NCBI GenBank assembly: GCA_963847705.1
Contig: CAWKBC010000004.1
Location: 1 to 33,999 of the forward strand
Source: an uncultured Pseudomonadota bacterium
GTDB lineage: Bacteria; Myxococcota_A; Polyangia; Fen-1088
Direction: 5' to 3'
Length of the DNA stretch: 33,999 nt
A program made the translations under genes and the position numbers. The notes beneath the pieces are model-generated. The model ran no database searches. It had not been told where the DNA came from and saw only the letters and a program-made list of their open reading frames with translations. Below, one piece after another: positions 10,075 to 17,712 of this stretch (positions within the stretch are counted from its first letter, which is position 1; each line of letters begins with the position of its first letter).

Positions 10075-10137
10075 GGGCCGACTATTTTCCGTCGGCGGCG
10101 GAGCCGCCTTTACATCGCGAGACAAAATAGTCGGCCC
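10075..10137 (+). repeat. 14-bp perfect inverted repeat; structured leader family B copy 1
   Basis: GGGCCGACTATTTT 10075-10088 / AAAATAGTCGGCCC 10124-10137, enclosing a GGCGG/CCGCC hairpin and TCGCGAGACAA (10115-10125). Confidence 0.7.
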
Positions 10138-10260
10138 CCTTCGGTCCTCCGCCGAGGCTTCGGCCCTCCGCTGCGCTGCGGGTGCAGGTCCGTTCCGCCC
10201 GCCGCCTTCGTCGCCATGAAGGCCGCGATGGGCGCGGCCGATCCGACAAGGAAAGCCGCG

Positions 10261-11193
10261 ATGACCACCGACCACGACGACGATTTCGAGCCGCACCACA
10301 CGCTCATCCCCGACCGACCAGGTCCTCCACGAACTCCAGCTCTATGGCTACCGTCCCTTCAACGACGAACCCGACCCCAGGCCGCTTCCCGAAGCGAACA
10401 TCCTCGCCGGCAGCATCTCCGACATCTTCGACGCCCTCGTGGTGGCGCTGGCCGACACTCGCCTCGAACCCGACCTCGAGGACCTGCTCTGGTCGACGGT
10501 GAACGTCTTCCATCGCGCCATCGACACGGATCGAACGCGAACTCGACGACAACGAGCTGGCGCAGCAGCGCGTCGCAACGGGAACAGGATGGCAGCGAGG
10601 TCAAGTCCGTCGAGCTGGAACGCCTGACGGCGGAAGGCCAGACGCTGATCGAACGCCGCAACGCCTTCGAGCTGATGCGCGACCAGGCCGCCGACCAATT
10701 CGAGCACCACACCCATTCAGCCTGGCGGCCGCGCAACGGGTCGAAGGTCAACCATCGCAACCTGACCTCGGCGATGATCGACAGCCGCGACTTCCTGGCG
10801 GCGAAGAAGCGCGCCGACAACCAGGTGCTCCTGCCCGCGGGTCCGAAGGTGGCGCTCACCGGCGGGCTCGACTTCAACGATCACCGGCTGATCTGGGCGA
10901 AGCTCGACCAGGTCCACGCCAAGCACCCCGACATGGTGCTGCTGCACGGCGGATCGCCCAAGGGCGCCGAGCTGATCGCCGCCAAATGGGCCGACAACCG
11001 CAAGGTCCCGCAGATCGCCTTCAAGCCCGACTGGACGAAGCACGCCAAGGCCGCGCCGTTCAAGCGCAACGATGCGATGCTGGAGGTCCTGCCGATCGGC
11101 GTGCTGCACTTCCCGGGCACCGGCATCCAGGACAACCTCGCCGACAAGGCGAAGAAGCTCGGCATCCCGGTCTGGAAGTTCGGCGGCGCGTGA
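10261..11193 (+). CDS. DUF2493 / YspA-like SLOG-domain protein (frameshifted in the 5' half)
   Basis: MTTDHDDDFEPHH, then ELQLYGYRPFNDEPDPRPLP in a shifted frame; C-terminal VALTGG, LLHGGSPKGAELIA, APFKRND and FPGTG are typical SLOG motifs. Confidence 0.8.
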   Translation: MTTDHDDDFEPHHTLIPDRPGPPRTPALWLPSLQRRTRPQAASRSEHPRRQHLRHLRRPRGGAGRHSPRTRPRGPALVDGERLPSRHRHGSNANSTTTSWRSSASQREQDGSEVKSVELERLTAEGQTLIERRNAFELMRDQAADQFEHHTHSAWRPRNGSKVNHRNLTSAMIDSRDFLAAKKRADNQVLLPAGPKVALTGGLDFNDHRLIWAKLDQVHAKHPDMVLLHGGSPKGAELIAAKWADNRKVPQIAFKPDWTKHAKAAPFKRNDAMLEVLPIGVLHFPGTGIQDNLADKAKKLGIPVWKFGGA

Positions 11194-11267
11194 GCGCCGC
11201 CTTCTCTTCAACACGTATTGACGTCGAACCGCAAAGGCGGATCACCGGCTTTCCGCAAAACCGCCTT

Positions 11268-11477
11268 TCAGTCCGGTTCACCCGTCACCGCGATCCGGGC
11301 CGCGCGAGCATAGTGCGCCAACTCCGTATCGTTCTCGATCAGGCCGTCGAGCAGCGCCTTCATATCGCTCTGATCGGACGCCGATTGAAACGGCCCCGGC
11401 TGCCGCTCGATCGCCAGCACCGCAATGGCGAGCGCCTTCTTCACCAGGTGCAGGTCGCGTCCCGTGAATTCCGCCAT
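11268..11477 (-). CDS. Small hypothetical protein (69 aa)
   Basis: MAEFTGRDLHLVKKALAIAVLAIE...; GAGG about 8 nt upstream on the minus strand; helical, protein-like composition. Confidence 0.6.
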   Translation of the reverse strand: MAEFTGRDLHLVKKALAIAVLAIERQPGPFQSASDQSDMKALLDGLIENDTELAHYARAARIAVTGEPD

Positions 11478-11640
11478 GCCGCATGCCTCAACCATCATGT
11501 CGACTCGTAAGCACACCTTAGCCGATCGGCCAGCGCACCGTGAGGACAACGAGGTTCCATGCATTGTCCGCGACGGCCTTTGAGTGGCGGCTCCTGCCGG
11601 CGGGCGCCACCCCGCGTCTATCAGCGCTGATCCTTGGTCC

Positions 11641-11797
11641 GGCCGAGGGCCTGACGCCATCAACCCGTAAAGGGTCGGCTTACGCGAAGCGTGCCGCCGC
11701 TGCGTCTTCGCCTTCGCGGTGATTGCGGCCCTCGGCCGAACACATCGGGCGCCTGTCGCGCGGGGATGGTCCCCGCCTCAGCACAGGAGCCGGATCA
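11641..11797 (+). promoter_or_regulatory. Multi-stem structured leader
   Basis: GGCCGAGGGCC 11641-11651/GGCCCTCGGCC 11727-11737; CGCGAAG 11683-11689/CTTCGCG 11712-11718; GCGGGGA 11760-11766/TCCCCGC 11770-11776; RBS AGGAG 11785-11789. Confidence 0.5.
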
Positions 11798-11965
11798 ATG
11801 TCTCAAGCCCTCGCATTCGCCAACGGCTGGAACCTCGCCATCACTCTCATGGTCTGCGTCGTCGTCTTTCATGCTGACGCTGGCAACTACGGCGTCATGC
11901 TGGCCGCCGAATATGACGGCGATCCCGCCGCCGTCATCCACGAATTCGACCCCTTCCAGCCATGA
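11798..11965 (+). CDS. Small hypothetical protein (55 aa)
   Basis: AGGAG RBS, MSQALAFANGWNLAITLMVCVVVF...EYDGDPAAVIHEFDPFQP. Confidence 0.65.
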   Translation: MSQALAFANGWNLAITLMVCVVVFHADAGNYGVMLAAEYDGDPAAVIHEFDPFQP

Positions 11966-12114
11966 AGGGGCGCATCCGCCACGCAAGCTGGACCGCAGAG
12001 CGCCAGCGGGATTTCCGCTCCCGCTGGCGCCTGTTTGCGGCTATACTCATGCTCGCGCCGTGGTGGTGGTGGAAGGCGCGACCGTCAGACCTTTATCTCA
12101 CGGAGTACACCGCC

Positions 12115-12555
12115 ATGATCATCTTCGGACCACTCCTCGTCATCGTCGGCATCGGCTTTATCTGCTGGCTGCTGTTCACCCTCGCTGTCTTCGCGCTGCC
12201 GTTTTTCGCCGGTCTGACGATCGGCATCTGGGCCTTTCACACCGGGGCCGGCGTGCTCGGCGGCATTGCCGTGGGTCTTGTGGCCGGCGGCGTAACCTTT
12301 GGCCTTGGCCAGCTCGCGCTCGCCGTTGTGCCCTGGGCGTGGGCTCGGCTCCTGATCATCCTCCTCTATGTCGCGCCCGCCACCGTCGCCGGCTACAGCG
12401 CCACGCATGGAATCGCCCAGATGGCGATGCCTTCACCCACCTGGCAGACGATCTTCGCCGTCATCGGCGCGGTCGCCGTCAGCGTCACGGCGTTCGTCCG
12501 CTTCACCGGAATGGCCGCGCCCGGACCAGCCGGACAGGGCTTGGCGCGGGGCTGA
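12115..12555 (+). CDS. Integral membrane protein (146 aa, about 4-5 TM helices)
   Basis: GGAG RBS 12102-12105, ATG 12115; several hydrophobic Gly/Ala-rich segments. Confidence 0.75.
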   Translation: MIIFGPLLVIVGIGFICWLLFTLAVFALPFFAGLTIGIWAFHTGAGVLGGIAVGLVAGGVTFGLGQLALAVVPWAWARLLIILLYVAPATVAGYSATHGIAQMAMPSPTWQTIFAVIGAVAVSVTAFVRFTGMAAPGPAGQGLARG

Positions 12556-12991
12556 CATCATCACGTCGACGCGTTGGGGCGGGACCGGATCAGGCATTCC
12601 GTATGCCCGCCGTCCTCGTCGTCGAACGCGGAGTGAGGGCGCGTCTGGCGTCGAAGCTCACCCGATCATCGCAGAGTACCGGGCGTCGTGGCGGGTCGTT
12701 GAGGCGACATGGCCGAGGTGGCGACGTCTCACGGATACGGCCAACGAAGCGCGTGACGGGGCGTGCAGCCGGAGCTTGGTCTCGGAAGCAGGAGATCCGT
12801 TGGTGGCCAGGACGGGGCCCGGATCGCCGTCGAATTCACTGGCCAGCCTCCGCGGTGACTCGAAAGTCGCCACGTTCCCCTTGATGTCAGCTCTGTCAGG
12901 CCGAGCGCACCGAACGGCCTCTTCGATGGATTGATCTGGCCGAAGGCCGGCTAAAGCCTCGACCGCCTATGGCGCAACAGCGGCGTCAAAA

Positions 12992-13154
12992 CTTTCTTCC
13001 CCTGCCGGCTGCGCCGTCATTCCTCGCGAGACAAGAAAGCCCCTCCTTTGCTGTCGAGCCCCTTCGGGGTGCGCCGTCGATCGCCTCCGGCCCTTCGATC
13101 ACCATCGAGGCCGCAATGGTGCGGGCTCGGAAACAGAGATCAAGGAGAACTACC
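12992..13154 (+). promoter_or_regulatory. Structured leader, family B copy 2
   Basis: CTTTCTT 12992-12998/AAGAAAG 13033-13039 enclosing a small hairpin and TCGCGAGACAA (13024-13034); CCC-TTCG-GGG tetraloop 13060-13069; CGAGCCC/GGGCTCG outer stem; AAGGAG RBS. Confidence 0.55.
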
Positions 13155-13481
13155 ATGGCGACCATCGGCACCTTCAAGAAGACCGGCTCGAACGAATTCA
13201 CCGGCGAAATCGTCACCCTCTCGGTCCAGGCCAAGAACGTCCGGATCGTCCCCGAAACCACCCGCTCCGGCGACAACAGCCCCAGCCACCGCGTCTATGT
13301 CGGCCGCGTCGAGATCGGCGCCGCCTGGGCCAAGCGCTCCAACGAGGGCCGCGACTATCTGGGCCTCAAGCTCGACGATCCGAGCTTCACCGCCCCGATC
13401 TTCGCCAACCTCTTCGACGACGAAGAGGGCGAGGGCTACAGCCTGATCTGGTCCCGCCCCAACGGCCGCCGGAGCGACTGA
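13155..13481 (+). CDS. DUF736 family protein (108 aa)
   Basis: MATIGTF..., PSHRV, EIGAAW, YLGLKLDDPSF, PIFANL, LIWSR; strong AAGGAG RBS. Confidence 0.9.
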   Translation: MATIGTFKKTGSNEFTGEIVTLSVQAKNVRIVPETTRSGDNSPSHRVYVGRVEIGAAWAKRSNEGRDYLGLKLDDPSFTAPIFANLFDDEEGEGYSLIWSRPNGRRSD

Positions 13482-13492
13482 CCCCGCCTACA

Positions 13493-13523
13493 ATGCCCCG
13501 TCCGGCTGGTCCGGGCGGGGCAT
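13493..13523. terminator. Hairpin between the convergent DUF736 and XRE genes
   Basis: ATGCCCCGTCCGG 13493-13505 / CCGGGCGGGGCAT 13511-13523. Confidence 0.6.
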
Positions 13524-13559
13524 CGCTTCGATAAGCTCCAACGGCGTTCGCGCTCGCGA

Positions 13560-13814
13560 CTAGGGATTGTTTCCGACGGCAGTGGTGGTGTCGCCGCCCT
13601 TCGGCGTCGTTTTCCGAATGAGATCCGCCGCTTCTACGCCGAGCGCGTCGGCGATACGGCCCAGAACGGTAACGCTTGCAGAAACGTCGGCGCGCTCTAT
13701 CGCGCCGACGTAGCGGGCGCTCAAGCCCGAACTATCCGCCAATTCCTCCTGCGTCATTTGCTTCGCATGACGTAACCGACGCAGATTTATCGCCATGACC
13801 TCCTTGAGATCCAT
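13560..13814 (-). CDS. qseC: XRE-family HTH regulator, QseC/C-protein-like
   Basis: NLRRLRHAKQMTQEELADSSGLSARYVGAIERA is an HTH_3 domain; divergent from a QseM-like gene, with twin operators upstream. XRE call is strong; the symbol rests on synteny. Confidence 0.75.
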   Translation of the reverse strand: MDLKEVMAINLRRLRHAKQMTQEELADSSGLSARYVGAIERADVSASVTVLGRIADALGVEAADLIRKTTPKGGDTTTAVGNNP

Positions 13815-13835
13815 GGCGACATCGGAGCCGGGTTA

Positions 13836-13864
13836 GGAACTATCGTTCCAGGAACGATCATTCC
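13836..13864. promoter_or_regulatory. Twin palindromic operators (OL/OR-like) for the XRE regulator
   Basis: GGAACTATCGTTCC 13836-13849 and GGAACGATCATTCC 13851-13864, 15-bp period, 22-50 nt upstream of the XRE start. Confidence 0.7.
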
Positions 13865-14040
13865 GATTCGTCAGGGGCATGCTATTCTAATCCCAGCCAG
13901 CCGCTCCAGTTGTCACCCCCGGCGCCATACGTGATGCCTCTCGCGCATCAGCATGGTGAGCCGAATTGGCACATCGGTTGCGTGGCGCGGTGAGGAATTT
14001 ATGGTAAAATCTTACTGCTGGACCTTGGGGGAGGCCCGAC

Positions 14041-14304
14041 ATGGCCACGCCACCCTTCGACGATCGCCCACCCGAAACAGCGCGCGTTAACGCCTACGAC
14101 GAGCGGCACTTCGTGACCTATCTCCGGCTCCTTGATGCCGACGCCGAAGGCGCCGACTGGCGTGAAGTCGTCCTCATCGTCTTCGGACTGGACCCGTCTC
14201 GAGAACCGGATCGCGCCAAAATCATCCACGACAGCCACCTGGCGCGGGCCCGCTGGATGACAGAGCACGGCTACAGACACCTCCTCGAACCGCGGATGCA
14301 GTAG
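14041..14304 (+). CDS. qseM: Stand-alone DUF2285 protein, QseM-like antiactivator (87 aa)
   Basis: GGAGG RBS; YDERH..TYLRLLDADAEGADWREV..IVFGLDP..EPDRA....SHLARARWM...GYRHLL matches the QseM pattern; sits between XRE and fseA-like genes. Confidence 0.78.
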   Translation: MATPPFDDRPPETARVNAYDERHFVTYLRLLDADAEGADWREVVLIVFGLDPSREPDRAKIIHDSHLARARWMTEHGYRHLLEPRMQ

Positions 14305-14457
14305 CTGCTCCAGGCCCGCCGGCGTGATCGATTTTGAGCGCATTGCTCCACTGGCAAGCGCACGTGATGCAACTTTAGGGTCTAGTTGCAGATCGCCGTT
14401 TTCCAAATCTTGGGCGTTTCCCCTCTTAAAACGGGGGACCAGTCCAGGGAGGCGACC

Positions 14458-15241
14458 ATGCCTTTTTCATTCTGGCGGTCATCGGAGGCGATGGAACAAT
14501 TGAACCGCCTCGACCGCGCCGGCTTCGCCGTCGAGTTCCTGCGCCGAAACGCCGGCTACCGCCGCGACTACGCCCGCACGCTTCGTCAGATCGCTGGAGG
14601 CGTCGATCAGGACGCCGCGCGGTTCGGGCTCGCCCGCCGTTGGGGGTTGTCCTTTTGTCCACGACCCGGACTTACCAGCCGCGAGAGCGACGGTTCTGTG
14701 GCGACCGGAGGTTTCGCCCGGCACGATGATCATCGCGCCTGCGCCACCCGGCTATGACGCCCTCCCGCCGATCGATCCGGCCCAGCTTGGCCCAATCCTG
14801 GCCGACCGGGAGGGGATCGATGGCCGAAGCGTCATAATCGGCGACCCGTCCGGCGACATCCATATTTGGCTGCCGCACGGTGCAGGCGCCGGGCGGACGG
14901 CCCTGATAGTACCGAACGATGGCGGCTTTGATCTGCGCCTCGATATCGCATTGCGGTTTTTCCGACGCCTTCGTGGCCAGCGCGTCGCGCTCCTCCCGCG
15001 CGCTCTACAACTCACATCGCTACAGCGGTCGCGGCTGATCCAGCTCCTGCTGGCCTACGACGTTCAAGAGCTTGGTGGCGGACCCCGCGAGATCGCCACG
15101 GAGGCGCTCGGGTCGCTGCAGGCCACACTCCCCTCGGTCGAATGGAAGGATTCAGCGGCTCGTCGGCACGCGAACCGCCTGATCCGCGACGCCCGAGCAC
15201 TCGTGAATGGCGGCTATCTGCGCCTGCTGCGCGGAAAGTAG
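14458..15241 (+). CDS. fseA: FseA-like activator (DUF6499 + DUF2285) produced by a +1 frameshift; 0-frame ORF 14458..14757, +1 frame about 14654..15241
   Basis: First ORF has AVEFLRRN and RRWGLSF. A +1 shift at TTT.T (14653-14656) reads FVHDPDLPAARATVLWRPE and runs without a stop into the DUF2285 ORF (REIA, EWKDS, ALVNGGYLRLL); fusion would be 260 aa. Confidence 0.78.
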
Positions 15242-15443
15242 CGTCCTTCGGATTTACGCTTTCTCCTACTCCCGACGGCGCCTCGCACCACCTCCAGCGC
15301 TCTGGCAACGTCCGTATTGCGATCAAGGGGGACACGCCTCCGCGAAAATCTTCGTCCACCCCCAACGCCTGAGCTCTCCGCCACCGTGACCTCGACATGC
15401 CGCGACTTGGCCGCGGCGCTTCGAGGCAAGACGGAGGCTCCCC

Positions 15444-15695
15444 ATGCTCGACAGGCCCGCGCAACTCGCGACGCGCTACGTCCGCACCCACGAGGCCGCG
15501 CGCCTCCTCGGCATCTCGCCGCGCACGCTGGAGAAATATCGCTGCCACGGCAGCGGCCCTACCTTCCGCAAACTCGGCGGCCGCGTCGTCTACGCCGTCG
15601 GCGATCTCGAGGCCTGGGCCGACCAGGCCGCGTGCAGTTCGACGTCCGATCCTCGATACGTCGAGGCCCGCGCCGCCGGCCACGCGCATCGCTGA
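15444..15695 (+). CDS. rdfS: AlpA/MerR-like winged-HTH excisionase, RdfS-like (83 aa)
   Basis: GGAGG RBS; YVRTHEAARLLGISPRTLEKYRCHGSGPTFRKLGGRVVY...DLEAWA...STSDP; first gene of the rep/tra operon. Confidence 0.8.
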   Translation: MLDRPAQLATRYVRTHEAARLLGISPRTLEKYRCHGSGPTFRKLGGRVVYAVGDLEAWADQAACSSTSDPRYVEARAAGHAHR

Positions 15696-15709
15696 AGCGG
15701 CGCTCGTCG

Positions 15710-16826
15710 ATGTCATCGCGCCGCCTCATCACCGCCAGCGAACGGAGCAAGCTCGATCCGTTCGTCGTCGCCACCGGCGACGCCAGCCCGCGCGATCAGC
15801 GCGACCTGATGGAGCGGCCGTTCTTCTCCCTCGCCAAAGCCAGGCGCACGGCGCCGATCCTCTACGAAACCGCCGGCGTCCGCGTCGAGGTCTACGCCGT
15901 GCCCGAGCACGGCATGGCGACCATCTGGGACGCCGACGTGCTGATCTGGGCGGCGAGCCAGATCGTCGAGGCCGAGAACCTCGGTTTCAAGACCTCGCGC
16001 TTCCTGCGCTTCACGCCCTATCAGCTCCTGACCGCCATCGGCCGGCAGACCGGCGCCCGCGACTACAAGCTGCTGAAAGGCGCGCTCGCCCGCCTGCAAT
16101 CGACCGTCATCCGCACCACCATTCGCAGCGGCGAGCATTGGCGGCGCCACCAGTTCTCCTGGATCAACGAGTGGGAGGAATGCACGACGCGCGACGGCCG
16201 CGTCGAGGGCATGGAGTTCGTGCTGCCCGACTGGTTCTACCGCGGCGTCATCGACCGCTCGCTCGTCCTGGCCATCGACCCGGCCTACTTCCGGCTGACC
16301 GGCGGCATCGAGCGCTGGCTCTATCGCGTCGCCCGCAAGCACGCCGGCCGCCAGCCCAAGGGCTGGCTGTTCGAGATCGCGCATCTCCACGAGAAGTCCG
16401 GCAGCCTGGTGCGCGTCTCGGATTTCGCGCTCCAGATCCGGCGCATCGCCGCGCGCCAGCCGCTGCCCGGCTATCGCCTGCGCATCGAGTGGCAGGGCCG
16501 CCGCGAGCTGCTGCGCATCCTGCCGGCCCACTTATCCACAGCCCCTGTGGATGGCGCTGTGGAAACGCTCGGGACTTCGCACGCAAACGGTATCGGGACT
16601 TCCGCACGCAGCCCTATCGGGACTTCGCACGCACGAACCGCAGCTAACGCTTTGGCCGGAAACGGCAATTCCGGGCCTTAACTTAGAGTCTAACTCAGAA
16701 TCTAACTCTTGTAGTTGGCGCGCGCGATCTGCGGATAAGCCCGCGACCCCTGCTGCGCAGACCTCCGAACCACCAGCACGACAGCCGTCGCTGCCCTTCG
16801 GTCGCAAGCCGGGAGGGAAGAGATGA
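15710..16826 (+). CDS. repA: Replication initiator protein A (RPA family); one extra base near 16603
   Basis: RDQRDLMERPFFSLAK, GMATIWDADVLIW, YFRLTGGIERWLYRVARKH. As written it stops at 16681; removing one base at 16603/16604 joins the 16551..16826 frame (LNLESNSESN...), whose stop overlaps the parA ATG. Confidence 0.88.
16532..16738. other. Candidate oriV inside the repA 3' end
   Basis: Perfect DnaA box TTATCCACA 16532-16540 plus degenerate inverted boxes at 16546, 16558 and 16730; three repeats TCGGGACTTCGCACGCA; three AT-rich 12-mers at 16679-16710. Confidence 0.6.
16569..16633 (+). repeat. Three 17-bp direct repeats (iteron-like)
   Basis: TCGGGACTTCGCACGCA at 16569-16585, 16593-16610 (one extra base) and 16617-16633. 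Confidence 0.85.
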
Positions 16827-17461
16827 TCGTCGCTCTGCTCAACCAGAAGGGCGGCGTCGGCAAGACCACGCTTGCGCTTCATCTCGCCGGCGAGCTGGCG
16901 CTGCACGGCAAGCGCGTCACGCTGATCGATGCGGACCCGCAGGGCTCGGCGCTCGATTGGTCGCAGCAGCGGGCGCGGGAGAACGTCTCACGGCTGTTCG
17001 GCGTCGTTGGCCTCGCGCGCGACACGCTCCACCGCGAAGCGCCGGAGATTGCGCGCACCGCCGATCACGTCGTCATCGACGGGCCGCCGCGCGTCGCCGG
17101 GCTGATGCGCTCGGCGCTGCTCGCCGCCGATCTCGTGCTGATCCCCGTGCAGCCATCGCCGTTCGACGGCTGGGCCTCGGCCGAGATGCTCGGCCTGCTT
17201 CGCGAGGCGCGCATCTATCGCCCGCAGCTCGCCGCGCGCTTCGTGCTGAACCGCTGCGGCGCGCGCACGGTCATCGCCCGCGAGACGGCCGAAACGCTCG
17301 CCGATCACGATCCGCCGGTGCTCTCCAGCACCATCGGCCAGCGTGTCGTCTTCGCCGACGCCGCGCAATCCGGCCGCCTCGTCTTCGAGCTGGCCGAGCA
17401 GAGCGCCGCGGCGCGCGAGATCGCAGCGCTCGCCGCTGAAGTCGCGAGGATCGCGCCATGA
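16823..17461 (+). CDS. parA: ParA-family partition ATPase (short, type Ib-like)
   Basis: NQKGGVGKTT deviant Walker A, LIDADPQGS, VVIDGPP. Confidence 0.93.
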   Translation: MIVALLNQKGGVGKTTLALHLAGELALHGKRVTLIDADPQGSALDWSQQRARENVSRLFGVVGLARDTLHREAPEIARTADHVVIDGPPRVAGLMRSALLAADLVLIPVQPSPFDGWASAEMLGLLREARIYRPQLAARFVLNRCGARTVIARETAETLADHDPPVLSSTIGQRVVFADAAQSGRLVFELAEQSAAAREIAALAAEVARIAP

Positions 17462-17712
17462 GCGCGCGCGCCACCCGACGCGGCTTCGCCGCCCGGCCCG
17501 GCGACGCCGAGAGCTGGATCAAGACGCCGGACGCGCCGAGCCGGCGCGGCGACGAGCCCTCCGCCTTCACCGCGCGCCTGACGATCGACGTCACGCCGGC
17601 GCTGCGCGGCCGCATCAAGGTCGCCGCGTTCCAGCGCGGGATCACCGTCGCCGACATGCTGCGCGACCTCTTCGCGCGCGAATTCCCCGCCGATCCCGGA
17701 GAGAGCTCATGA
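17458..17712 (+). CDS. Small ribbon-helix-helix ParG-like partition protein (84 aa)
   Basis: ATGA-coupled to parA; ARLTIDVTPALRGRIKVAAFQRGITVADMLRDL has an RHH pattern. Confidence 0.78.
   Translation: MSARATRRGFAARPGDAESWIKTPDAPSRRGDEPSAFTARLTIDVTPALRGRIKVAAFQRGITVADMLRDLFAREFPADPGESS

Noticed and set aside
12060-12072. GTGGTGGTGGTGG as a Chi site or microsatellite
   Set aside because: Single short occurrence, not the GCTGGTGG octamer, and host Chi is unknown; kept only as a hairpin loop.
16569-16633. Direct repeats as a mini-CRISPR array
   Set aside because: Repeats are 17 bp with 6-7 bp spacers, lie inside repA, and no cas genes are present; iterons fit better.
16678-16695. CtrA binding site in the candidate origin
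   Set aside because: TTAA at 16678 has no second TTAA at the 7-bp spacing.
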